Origin: Rickettsiales bacterium
GTDB lineage: Bacteria > Pseudomonadota > Alphaproteobacteria > Rs-D84
Reading direction: 5' to 3'
DNA length: 64,000 bases
NCBI GenBank assembly: GCA_031288835.1
Contig: JAITQO010000002.1
Coordinates: forward strand, 3,598 to 67,597
The notes under the pieces are model-generated. The model worked only from the letters and a program-made list of their open reading frames with translations. It was not told the origin of the DNA and did no database searches. This document shows, one piece after another, positions 26,472 to 37,012 of the stretch. Position numbers and translations under genes: made by a program. Position 1 is the stretch's first letter. Each line of letters starts with the position of its first letter.

Positions 26472-27564
26472 ATGCCGTCTAGCACGAACGAACTTTTGCC
26501 GCAAATCGAATCTGACATCGCGTCGGTCAGGGGGTTTCTTTGACCCGAGTAAACTGAAATCGGAAATCGCGGAAATCACAAAACAATCGGAATCGGAAAC
26601 ATTATGGGACAATCCCGACGCCGCGCGCGCGACTTTGCAAAAAAAATCGACGTTGGAAAAATCGCTGGCCGATTTGGAGAGTCTGGGCGCGGATTACAAA
26701 AATCTGTCCGAACTTTTCGCGCTGGCGCCCGATGATTCGGATGTCCGAAAAGAAATCGAAAAACTGGCGGCGCGCGCGCGCGGAGCGAAAACAATCACTT
26801 TGTTCAGCCAGACGGCAGACGGCGCGGACGCGTTCCTGTTCATCCAGGCGGGGGCCGGCGGAACCGAAGCGCAGGACTGGGCCGGCATGCTGGCGCGCAT
26901 GTATGCCAGATGGGCCGAGCGGCACGGATTCTCCATCGAAACGGTCGACGAGCACGCGGGCGATACGGCGGGGTTGAAATCAATCACCTACAAAATCGGC
27001 GGGCTTCGCGCATACGGGTGGCTTCGGAATGAAATCGGAATACACCGGCTGGTGCGGATTTCGCCGTTCAACGCGCAGGGCAAGCGGCAGACGTCGTTCG
27101 CGTCCGTCGCGGTTTCGCCGGACGTAGACGATTCCGTAAAAATAGACATCAGCGACAAGGACCTGCGCGTAGACACATACCGTTCAAGCGGCGCGGGCGG
27201 ACAGCATGTGAACAAAACCGATTCGGCGATTCGCATCACCCATATCCCGACGGGGACGGTCGTCACCTGCCAGAACGAGCGCTCGCAGTTTCAAAACAAG
27301 GACATGGCCATGAAAATGCTGCGTTCGAAGTTGTATGAATTGGAGATGCGGAAGCGCCAGGAACAGGAAAACGCGGCGCTGGCAGCGCAGAAAAAAATAG
27401 AGTGGGGGAGCCAAATCAGAAATTACGTTCTGCAGCCGTATCAATTGGTCAAAGATTTGCGCACCGGCGCCGAGCGCACCGACCCGGACGCGGTTTTGGA
27501 TGGCGACCTGGACGATTTTATGCTAGGATTATTATCAAATGAACCGCATTCTAAACGCGCTTAG
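26472..27564 (+). CDS. prfB: Peptide chain release factor 2, expressed through a programmed +1 frameshift
   Basis: Frame 0 (26472-26540) reads MPSSTNELLPQIESDIASVRGFL and hits an in-frame TGA at 26541-26543. The +1 frame from 26542 reads DPSKLKSEIAEI... and carries SPF (RISPFNAQGKRQTSFA) and GGQ (SGAGGQHVNKTDSA). Confidence 0.93.
26529..26544 (+). promoter_or_regulatory. RF2 autoregulatory +1 frameshift site
   Basis: AGGGGG TTT CTT TGA C has the same geometry as the classical E. coli site AGGGGG TAT CTT TGA C: an internal SD, a 3-nt spacer, the slippery CTT, then TGA C. Confidence 0.9.
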
Positions 27565-27892
27565 ATATTCGTGCCACGGCCTTAAAAGCGCCTTCGCGTC
27601 CGAGACCTCATTCCGGCAGGACGTCGCCATTTTTATAATCGGGACAATCGCGGCGATATTCATTCCGGTTGGGAATATGGAAAAATGCCTGTTGGCGTCG
27701 TCGCTGCTGATTATCATTCTGATGGAGTTGGCGAACACGGCGATAGAAACGATAATAAACCGCATATCCGCCGATATCCACCCGTTGTCCAAAAAGGCAA
27801 AGGATATAGGCAGCGCGCTGGTCATGCTGTCATTCGCAAACGCGGCCGTGGTTTGGGCGGTCGTCTTGTATCCAATAGTAATTAGTAATTGA
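27539..27892 (+). CDS. dgkA: Diacylglycerol kinase
   Basis: 117 aa with three TM helices, an N-terminal amphipathic helix (ALRYSCHGLKSAFASETSFRQ) and ELANTAIE. It overlaps the prfB 3' end by 26 nt. Confidence 0.88.
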   Translation: MNRILNALRYSCHGLKSAFASETSFRQDVAIFIIGTIAAIFIPVGNMEKCLLASSLLIIILMELANTAIETIINRISADIHPLSKKAKDIGSALVMLSFANAAVVWAVVLYPIVISN

Positions 27893-27981
27893 TTCAAGCT
27901 GGCAGATTTCTTGAAAATTGCAACATTATAGCAGCTGGTAATCCATGTTACTCCGGCGGCGCTTTCGCAAGAGCAATGCAA

Positions 27982-28701
27982 TCAGAATACGAACCTGATT
28001 CCTATGTCAAAAATTGTGGAAAAATTGACATCTTCCGACGGCAGCAGAAATTTCACGGATGTCGTCAGGCTGACATGCTCGGTGATTTGGAAAACATCGC
28101 CTATTTTTATAAGAAACGCGTCCACCCCGTCCCGAACGACGTCGGCCGAATCCCCGGCCTTTTTGATTGATTTGACCGTCGTCAGATTGGCGTAGCCAAA
28201 GCCTATAACCATATGCGTTTTCGGCTTCACCCTGATGTAATTGTCCAAGGACGCCCCCAAAAGGGAATACCCCACCGACACGGAATCCGCGCCATAATAA
28301 AGCGCCAGCCATTCCTCGGTGTTTCTCGAAACCATATAATCATAAAACCCAACGACACCGAGCGAGTAGATTTCGGAGACATTGAACTTTACCCCGCCTT
28401 CCAGTCCCAGTTTGAAGAACGCGTCCGGAAAATACAGAGATTCAGAATCATACTCATAGGCCAAACTCGCATACCCCAGGTTGCCGCCGGCGAACATGTC
28501 TATCGGTTTATACGACTGCTGTTGCTTTTCCGTTTTTTCCTCCGGCTGCTGTGGCCGCGCCTGCGCGTCGTCCCTTGCAAAATATCCGTCGCAGAATCTT
28601 TTCCCGTTGTCTTCCAGACAGGCATCATGGGTTTCATACTGCGGCGCGGCGAAAGAAACCGCCGGCATGAACGCCAACAACAACGCGATTATTTTTTTCA
28701 T
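27982..28701 (-). CDS. Small outer-membrane beta-barrel protein
   Basis: Start trimmed to MKKIIALLLAFMPAVSFA (signal peptide). Alternating strands and a C-terminal ...GIRFVF. Confidence 0.7.
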   Translation of the reverse strand: MKKIIALLLAFMPAVSFAAPQYETHDACLEDNGKRFCDGYFARDDAQARPQQPEEKTEKQQQSYKPIDMFAGGNLGYASLAYEYDSESLYFPDAFFKLGLEGGVKFNVSEIYSLGVVGFYDYMVSRNTEEWLALYYGADSVSVGYSLLGASLDNYIRVKPKTHMVIGFGYANLTTVKSIKKAGDSADVVRDGVDAFLIKIGDVFQITEHVSLTTSVKFLLPSEDVNFSTIFDIGIRFVF

Positions 28702-28812
28702 TTTCAAACCTTTCGGCTTATTGCCCATCCGGGGCGCGGCCTTTTCGGGCCGCCTTGCATCCCGGTTTTCCTATTATATGAACGCACGGGGATGATTGCA
28801 AGTTTTTTATTC

Positions 28813-28841
28813 TTGCTTTTTCGGCATGCTTGCCCCATAAT
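28813..28841 (+). promoter_or_regulatory. Candidate promoter for fabI
   Basis: TTGCTT, 17-nt spacer, CATAAT, 36 nt upstream of the ATG. AAGGA RBS. Confidence 0.4.
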
Positions 28842-28876
28842 GCCTGCGTCCAATATGAACAAAAAAGGAATAAAAA

Positions 28877-29689
28877 ATGGGACTCTTAGACGGGAAAAAA
28901 ATATTTATTGCCGGCGTTGCGAACGACCATTCCATGGCGTGGGCGATTGCGAAGCGCGCGCATGACGAGGGCGCGGAAATCGCGATGACGTTCGGAATGC
29001 CAAACACCGAGGCCAAGGCTCGCGAGCTGGCCGCGTCAATCGGCGCGAAAGTCATCGGGCAATACGACGTGCAGGACGACGGGCAAATCGACGCGGTATT
29101 CGCCGCGCTCGAAAAAGAATGGGGAACGCTTGACGGCTGTCTGCACGCGATAGCCAATTCCGACCCGAACGAGCTCAAGGGCAGGTACGCGGACACGACG
29201 CGCGAAAACTTCAGGAACACGATGGACGTTTCGGTATATTCGTTCGTCGAAATGGCGCGCCGCGCAAGCGCGCTGATGAAGAACGGCGGCAGCATTCTGA
29301 CCCTGACGTATTTCGGGGGCGAGAAATCCGTGCCGAATTACAACGTCATGGGCGTTGCGAAAAGCGCGCTGGATTCGTCAGTCCGCTATCTGGCGGCGGA
29401 TTTGGGAAAAGACAACGTCCGCGTGAACGCGATTTCCGCCGGGCCTATTTTGACGCGCGCGGCCAGCGGGGTCGGCGGATTCCGCAGCATGCTGGGCCTG
29501 AACGCGAAGATGACGCCGCTTCGGCGAAACATGACGCTGGACGATGTTTCCGGCGCGGCCGTTTATTTGTTCAGCAATCTTTCAAGCGCGATTACTGGCG
29601 AAGTTCATCACGCCGACTGCGGATACTCGTCCACCGGCATGCTTCCGAACGAATTGAAGGACGTATTGCTGAAAGGGCTGGAAGGATGA
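28877..29689 (+). CDS. fabI: Enoyl-[acyl-carrier-protein] reductase (NADH)
   Basis: GKKIFIAGVANDHSMAW nucleotide-binding N-terminus and the YNVMGVAKSAL (Y-x6-K) catalytic motif. Confidence 0.93.
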   Translation: MGLLDGKKIFIAGVANDHSMAWAIAKRAHDEGAEIAMTFGMPNTEAKARELAASIGAKVIGQYDVQDDGQIDAVFAALEKEWGTLDGCLHAIANSDPNELKGRYADTTRENFRNTMDVSVYSFVEMARRASALMKNGGSILTLTYFGGEKSVPNYNVMGVAKSALDSSVRYLAADLGKDNVRVNAISAGPILTRAASGVGGFRSMLGLNAKMTPLRRNMTLDDVSGAAVYLFSNLSSAITGEVHHADCGYSSTGMLPNELKDVLLKGLEG

Positions 29690-30513
29690 AAATGAAAACT
29701 CTCTTGCTGTCAGCGCTTGCGCCGCTGTGCGCCTGCACAACGGTCGCGCCGCGGCAGAAGTTTATCGACAGGCATTATGCCGACGTGCTTGAAACGCACA
29801 AAAAAATCTCCCCGGAGCCGCTGGCGGAAATGTCACCCGAGAAAATGATTTTTTTCAACGACTATGTGAAAACGCTGGAAAAAATCGGCATTTACGACAG
29901 CATGGCGTCAGACCCCAAAAAGGTCATGGACGATTATCTGGCGCGCATCAAGGCGGCGAAGGACAAACGAATCGAAGAAATAAAAAAATCAAAAAAAACA
30001 TACAAGCATGATGCCAAAGATATTGAAAACGCAATCATCCATTGCGCCGTGCAAGCAACCGAGGCGCGCCTGCCAATCGCAGCCGGGGCGTCCGGCGACA
30101 AGTTTTTCGACGGGGACACGCAAATGGAACTGCTGCTGGCGATGAACGATTTTCTATGCGCCTGCGCGATGGACAAATATGCGCCGAGGTTTCCGCCGCA
30201 GGCGCTGAAAGATTACGCGACATATGTGAAAAGCGGACAAATGCTGATAACGAAGAACGAATCGTATGCGGAACTGACCGGCAAAACAGAGGTCAAAACC
30301 ATGAACTTCGCGCTTTATAGTGCAGCGGAGACATACAAGGCGCTGGGTGGCGACGAAGCACGGGTGATAGACGCGAACGTGCTGAGTTACTTTCTACTTG
30401 CGGAAGACGAAGATTGCCTGAAAAAAGTTTCCGAAATCATAAAAAACGGGGGAAAGGAAAAGGCGGAAATAAAAACGGACGAACCCCAAAATGAAGGCGT
30501 GGCAAAGAAATAA
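29686..30513 (+). CDS. Hypothetical lipoprotein
   Basis: MKMKTLLLSALAPLCAC lipobox-like signal. The ATG overlaps the fabI stop (ATGA). Confidence 0.65.
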   Translation: MKMKTLLLSALAPLCACTTVAPRQKFIDRHYADVLETHKKISPEPLAEMSPEKMIFFNDYVKTLEKIGIYDSMASDPKKVMDDYLARIKAAKDKRIEEIKKSKKTYKHDAKDIENAIIHCAVQATEARLPIAAGASGDKFFDGDTQMELLLAMNDFLCACAMDKYAPRFPPQALKDYATYVKSGQMLITKNESYAELTGKTEVKTMNFALYSAAETYKALGGDEARVIDANVLSYFLLAEDEDCLKKVSEIIKNGGKEKAEIKTDEPQNEGVAKK

Positions 30514-30538
30514 GAAATAGTTCACGTCAAAAATCACA

Positions 30539-30572
30539 ACCCGCAGACACAAAAGCTTTGCGGGTATTTTTT
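30539..30572 (+). terminator. Intrinsic terminator after the fabI-lipoprotein operon
   Basis: CCCGCA...TGCGGG stem followed by TATTTTTT. Confidence 0.6.
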
Positions 30573-30590
30573 GTTTTTAAAAAATTTCTA

Positions 30591-30632
30591 TGTAGCGTAT
30601 ATGTAGCATGTCGGGACAGTCCCAAACACCCA
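30591..30632 (+). repeat. Left copy of the cassette-flanking repeat
   Basis: TGTAGCGTATATGTAG (30591-30606) and GTCGGGACAGTCCCAAACACCCA (30610-30632). Compare the feature at 31392-31514. Confidence 0.6.
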
Positions 30633-30724
30633 TAAAAAACAATTATGGTAGTTTTATTTACTATGGACTTTTCAGTTAAATACTAATAAACTATATTCAA
30701 AATAATAATTTAAGGTCAATCAGA

Positions 30725-31345
30725 ATGAATAAAATCATTATCAATAATAAAATATGCGACCAATCACCTGCTTGTGGCGGTGTAGAAGTTTGTCCAACAC
30801 AGGCTTTGTTTTATGACGAAAAAGCGGAACGAATTGGATTTGCAGAAGATAAATGCGTTGGCTGTGGTGCATGCGTAAATATGTGCCCTATTAAAGCAAT
30901 TGCACTTGCAAAATCCAATGACGAATTTAAAAACATTCAATCAAAAATTGACGCAGACCCACACAAAGAAGATGAATTATTTCAAGATAGATATGGCGCA
31001 GAAGGACAAATGATTATTGCAACCGAAAATGCCGCCGACACAATTAGCATTGCACGTAGCATTGACGGATACACAGCGGTTGAATTATTTGACGAGGAAA
31101 CATTGCATTGTTTGGCAACGTCTATTCCATATTCGGATATTTTTTCAGGGCATGGCGTAAAGATAAAAGTTTTTCGCGCCCAAACAGACAAAGAAATTGA
31201 AAAAGAATTTGGGATAACAGAAATTCCAGCACTAATATTTTTCAAGGATGGGGATTTAATCGGAAAAGTAGAAGGTTTTTATTTTGATGACAACCCGACT
31301 GAAAAATCATTTTTAATATCAAAAGTAAAAAAGATTCTGGTGTAA
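30725..31345 (+). CDS. 4Fe-4S ferredoxin domain fused to a thioredoxin-like domain lacking CxxC
   Basis: The N-terminus has CDQSPACGGVEVCP and the canonical CVGCGACVNMCP. The C-terminus has EFGITEIPALIFFKDGDLIGKVEG, a thioredoxin-fold C-terminal pattern, with no CxxC active site. The gene is AT-rich. Confidence 0.75.
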   Translation: MNKIIINNKICDQSPACGGVEVCPTQALFYDEKAERIGFAEDKCVGCGACVNMCPIKAIALAKSNDEFKNIQSKIDADPHKEDELFQDRYGAEGQMIIATENAADTISIARSIDGYTAVELFDEETLHCLATSIPYSDIFSGHGVKIKVFRAQTDKEIEKEFGITEIPALIFFKDGDLIGKVEGFYFDDNPTEKSFLISKVKKILV

Positions 31346-31391
31346 ATAATATTTTATACAAAAGTTTTGCTACATTGAATAGTTCCATCAA

Positions 31392-31514
31392 TGTAGTGCA
31401 TATGTAGAAATCCTGTGTAGTGTATATGTAGATTTATCTCGTCCCATGGCCTTGTCCGCCCCGAAATGCAAAAAGAACATATAACTATAATGTCCCTGTC
31501 CCCAAACACACCCA
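31392..31514 (+). repeat. Right copies of the cassette-flanking repeat
   Basis: TGTAGTGCATATGTAG (31392-31407), TGTAGTGTATATGTAG (31416-31431) and GTCCCTGTCCCCAAACACACCCA (31492-31514). Confidence 0.6.
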
Positions 31515-31569
31515 GATTGCACTCGTTTGACCCGATATGACTCCAAACGACCCGCCGAATGGGAACTAT

Positions 31570-31598
31570 AAAAAATCCGCCGAACGGCGGATTTTTTT
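31570..31598 (-). terminator. Intrinsic terminator after the small lipoprotein gene
   Basis: AAAAAATCCGCC-GAAC-GGCGGATTTTTTT is a symmetric hairpin abutting the stop at 31597. Confidence 0.65.
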
Positions 31599-31800
31599 AC
31601 TTCAGCCATTCACGGCATTCTTTTTCCGAACGCTCTTCGTTGGTCCAGGCGGTTTCGTCATATCCCAGCACCGCATTTCCGTCTTTGCGAACCACGTATT
31701 TGCATTCCTTGTTTCCAGATTTCAGGACACGCTCTGTCCCATAACCGTAACATCCGGCAAGCACAACCGCCAACCCCAGCAATGATAACATTTTTGTCAC
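31597..31800 (-). CDS. Small lipoprotein (67 aa)
   Basis: MTKMLSLLGLAVVLAGC lipobox, AAGGAGAA RBS upstream, and a terminator directly downstream. Confidence 0.6.
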   Translation of the reverse strand: MTKMLSLLGLAVVLAGCYGYGTERVLKSGNKECKYVVRKDGNAVLGYDETAWTNEERSEKECREWLK

Positions 31801-32106
31801 CTTTTCTCCTTTTGGTTAGATAACGACGGCAATTGTATTGAAAAGAAAAATTAAATCAAGCAAAAAACACCGCACGCGAACGTATCAATCCTACTCCGAA
31901 TTACTACAATCATGCCTATATGTTCCCCTTTCATCCGACGAAGGCTTAAAAACTTCGGAATTGCACTTGCTTCCAACAGAATATTTTGACCAACGTTTCT
32001 ATACGGATACGATGCAAATCGCGCACCGCTTTATTATGGGATTTTCTACGTCCCTGAACGCACATCCGCACCAATTATCGCCGCAATGCAAGGAAAAAAA
32101 TGACGC

Positions 32107-32135
32107 TTGCGAAGGAGGCGGTATTCTCCTATAAT
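32107..32135 (+). promoter_or_regulatory. Candidate promoter for ligA
   Basis: TTGCGA, 17-nt spacer, TATAAT, 20 nt upstream of the ATG. Confidence 0.45.
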
Positions 32136-32146
32136 TTTCATTGTAA

Positions 32147-34141
<1,995 letters not shown>

Positions 34142-34146
34142 AAGGA

Positions 34147-34620
34147 ATGAATATGGCAGGCTCTATCAACAAGGTAACATTAATTGGAAATCTCGGGCGG
34201 GACCCGGAAATACGCGCCACATCCACGGGCAGGGTTGCGAACTTCACAATGGCGACAACCGAATACTGGAAAGACAAGGCCACAGGCGAAAGAAAGGAGC
34301 AGACGGAATGGCACCGCATCGTCGTCTTCAATCAAAACCTGATTGACGTCGTTGAGAAAATGCTGCAAAAGGGGACAAAGGTCTATATAGAGGGAACGCT
34401 GCGCACGCGAAAATGGACGAACCAACAGGGACAGGACGTTTACACGACCGAGATTATCCTGAACCAATTCTCGGGACAGCTGGTGATTTTGAACGGCGCG
34501 AAAGCGCTGGAAGGCGGGGAATACGGCGCATCCACGGCATCCGCGTCCGCCCAGCCGTCGCCGTCCGCGCCGCGCGAGGAAATCAACGCCGGGTCAATCG
34601 GCGACGACATACCGTTTTAA
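34147..34620 (+). CDS. ssb: Single-stranded DNA-binding protein
   Basis: OB-fold N-terminus (INKVTLIGNLGRDPEIR...TEWHRIVVF), a Gly/Pro/Ser-rich linker and an acidic tip DDIPF. Confidence 0.95.
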   Translation: MNMAGSINKVTLIGNLGRDPEIRATSTGRVANFTMATTEYWKDKATGERKEQTEWHRIVVFNQNLIDVVEKMLQKGTKVYIEGTLRTRKWTNQQGQDVYTTEIILNQFSGQLVILNGAKALEGGEYGASTASASAQPSPSAPREEINAGSIGDDIPF

Positions 34621-34626
34621 CGCACC

Positions 34627-35121
34627 GTGCAAACAATCATGGAAATAGAGCGAAAGTTTTTATTGACGCGCGGGGCGGAACAGGAACTTATGTCCCTCCC
34701 CGCTCCCGTCAGAATAGAGCAGGCGTATATCAGTTTCATTCCGGAGGTCCGCATTCGCAAAAGAACATATCGCTCAACGGGTGAACTGTCGTGGCGACTG
34801 ACAATCAAGGGCGCGGGCGGGCTGTCCAGAATCGAGATTTCCCGCGAACTGCTTGAAGAGGAATATGAACAGCTGATGACGATGCGCCAAGGGTACAGCA
34901 TAATAAAACAATATCATCCAGACTTTTACGGATTCGAAGCCAGCGTTGCGGCAGTCAGGGACACAAACGACATATTTTGCTATGCTGAAAAAGAGTTCAT
35001 AAACGAAAAAGACGCAATGTCATTCAGAATAAAGGATTTTCCGATTCTGGCGCGGGACATTACAAACGAAGCCGGATGGAAAATGGCAAGCATAGCCAGA
35101 AGCGGCGGCATCCCGAGATGA
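34627..35121 (+). CDS. CYTH-domain protein (triphosphate tunnel metalloenzyme family)
   Basis: EIERKFLL signature at the N-terminus and the ~160-aa size typical of CYTH/CyaB-like proteins. Confidence 0.78.
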   Translation: MQTIMEIERKFLLTRGAEQELMSLPAPVRIEQAYISFIPEVRIRKRTYRSTGELSWRLTIKGAGGLSRIEISRELLEEEYEQLMTMRQGYSIIKQYHPDFYGFEASVAAVRDTNDIFCYAEKEFINEKDAMSFRIKDFPILARDITNEAGWKMASIARSGGIPR

Positions 35122-35137
35122 TTTTTCCGCACGTTGC

Positions 35138-35962
35138 TCAGCCTTTTATCTCCACTTCCAACTCCAGTTCCGTTTTTTCCTGAATAGCTAGGCATAACGC
35201 CTCTATGTCGGCGCTTGTGCAGCCGTCGCCGGCAATTACAAAATTCGCGTGCTTTTCCGATATTCTGGCGCCGCCGATTCGAAGCCCGTTTGGAAAATGT
35301 TCCTTTATTATCCGCCATGCGGAGCCGCCGGGCGGATTTTTGAACGTGGAGCCGGCCGTGCGCGCATCGGCGGGCTGGGCCTCCGCCTTCTTTGCGGCAA
35401 TTTCCTTCATTCTTTCGACATCCGCCGCGCCGATGCCTTCGAACTCCAGTTCGGCGGCGATAAAGTCCGTAGGCAATCCGGATTGGCGATAGCCCAGCCC
35501 GCATTCGTCTTTCGCCAATATGACTTCGGCTCCGGAAAAATCAACCCCGCGGACTGAGGTCAGAATATCGCTGATTTGTCCTCCGAAGCAACCGGCGTTC
35601 GTATGCAGCCCGCCGCCGACCGTTCCGGGAATGCCGACCATGAACTCAAATCCCCCGATATTTTTCCGCGTGGCGATATTCGCGAGCAAAGGCATCGCGA
35701 CGCCGCATTCCGCGGTTACGATATTCCCCGACATTTCGACCCTGTTCAGCAAACCGGTGTGAATCACAAGCCCCCCGATTCCGCTGTCTTTGATTAAAAT
35801 GTTCGAGCCCAGTCCCAAAACCGTTATGGGGCGAATTGCGTTCGCGTGCAAAAAGGCCGACAATTCTCCGACGCTTTCAGGCCGGAAGAAATATTCGGCT
35901 TCGCCGCCGGTTCCAAACCGCGTGTAATTCGCCAAGGAAACATTTGTTTTCAATTCGGACAT
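35138..35962 (-). CDS. murB: UDP-N-acetylenolpyruvoylglucosamine reductase
   Basis: FGTGGEAEYF, VLGLGSNILI and NAGCFGG motifs. Start trimmed to MSELKTNV at 35962; the track ORF extends 61 codons upstream with no support. Confidence 0.88.
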   Translation of the reverse strand: MSELKTNVSLANYTRFGTGGEAEYFFRPESVGELSAFLHANAIRPITVLGLGSNILIKDSGIGGLVIHTGLLNRVEMSGNIVTAECGVAMPLLANIATRKNIGGFEFMVGIPGTVGGGLHTNAGCFGGQISDILTSVRGVDFSGAEVILAKDECGLGYRQSGLPTDFIAAELEFEGIGAADVERMKEIAAKKAEAQPADARTAGSTFKNPPGGSAWRIIKEHFPNGLRIGGARISEKHANFVIAGDGCTSADIEALCLAIQEKTELELEVEIKG

Positions 35963-35994
35963 CTCGGAACCGGTTTCTATATTTCGCCGCGCAT

Positions 35995-36261
35995 TTATTT
36001 GACGAACTCTGCGGCTGGGCGCCCCGCCGCCTTTTCCAAATCTATCTTCTTGGAAATCCACTCCCTTTCCTTCGGCGTCAGCATGCCGTCGCAATAACCT
36101 TCCAGATATCCGATTCGCGCGCCGCATCCCCTGCAGGAACCGCATTGTTCCTTCACGGCATTGATTCGTTCTATTTCGATATCCTTGAATGGGCGGCCGT
36201 TCACTTCCACCTGCATTTCCGGCGTCAGCATCGCCAAATATTTATCATGATACACGAACAT
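35995..36261 (-). CDS. Small cysteine-containing hypothetical protein (88 aa)
   Basis: ORF directly upstream of murB on the same strand, containing CGSCRGCG...C. Not recognised. Confidence 0.45.
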   Translation of the reverse strand: MFVYHDKYLAMLTPEMQVEVNGRPFKDIEIERINAVKEQCGSCRGCGARIGYLEGYCDGMLTPKEREWISKKIDLEKAAGRPAAEFVK

Positions 36262-36287
36262 TTTTTGTCCCCTTTGTTTTCATGCAA

Positions 36288-36377
36288 TGGCGGATGTGAC
36301 AGGATTCGAACCTGTGATACCATTGCTGGTATGACGGTTTTCAAGACCGTTGCAATCAACCACTCTGCCACACATCC
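36288..36377 (-). tRNA. tRNA-Ser (anticodon TGA)
   Basis: The reverse complement folds with acceptor GGATGTG/CACATCC, anticodon loop CTTGAAA, a long variable arm (CATACCAGCAATGGTATC) and encoded CCA. Confidence 0.93.
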
Positions 36378-36382
36378 GTCCG

Positions 36383-36459
36383 TGGTGCGCCCGGCGCGAT
36401 TCGAACGCGCAATCCCCGCCTTCGGAGGGCGGTGCTCTATCCAGTTAAGCCACGGGCGC
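36383..36459 (-). tRNA. tRNA-Arg (anticodon CCG)
   Basis: The reverse complement folds with acceptor GCGCCCG/CGGGCGC, anticodon stem CCGCC/GGCGG with loop CTCCGAA, T-loop TTCGAAT and encoded CCA. Confidence 0.93.
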
Positions 36460-36517
36460 ACGCGTTCGCAATTATAATCTTGCATTCGCCCGAAATCAAA
36501 TATAAAATCCGAACCAT

Positions 36518-36967
36518 ATGAAAAAAGCCCTTGCCGTTTTCTTTTTGCTCGCCGGCTGCAACGCCGTCAGCATAAAGCCGCACTCGCTAGACAAAACCAA
36601 GCTATTTTACGCCGACCGCGGAGGATACACGATGAAGTTCGCAATCAAGGAAGAACTCGAGGCCCGCGGATACAAAATAATCGTCGGGAAATCCAACGGG
36701 ACGGTCGCGTCAGGCGACTCGATTTCCCTGACCTCAGAAAACCTGATGAACGCCAGATACGTCGTAAAGGTCGATGAAAAAGAGCCGACGTTCTCTCCGG
36801 TTTTATGCATATTCAACGGGTTTTGGTGGTGGAGGTTCAACGTTTCGATAGCCGACCAAAAAACGGGAGAGGAATTGCTGGCATGGACGGGCAGGGGATG
36901 TGTGAACGGCAGCCTGCGCCGGCTCCGCCGGTTTATGGACAGGCTGGAGAAAAATGACAACCTATGA
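36518..36967 (+). CDS. Hypothetical lipoprotein
   Basis: MKKALAVFFLLAGC lipobox, 149 aa. Confidence 0.6.
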   Translation: MKKALAVFFLLAGCNAVSIKPHSLDKTKLFYADRGGYTMKFAIKEELEARGYKIIVGKSNGTVASGDSISLTSENLMNARYVVKVDEKEPTFSPVLCIFNGFWWWRFNVSIADQKTGEELLAWTGRGCVNGSLRRLRRFMDRLEKNDNL

Positions 36968-37012
36968 AAATCCCCTGCGAACGCTAATGAACCCAACCAT
37001 CGGGCTCGGACG

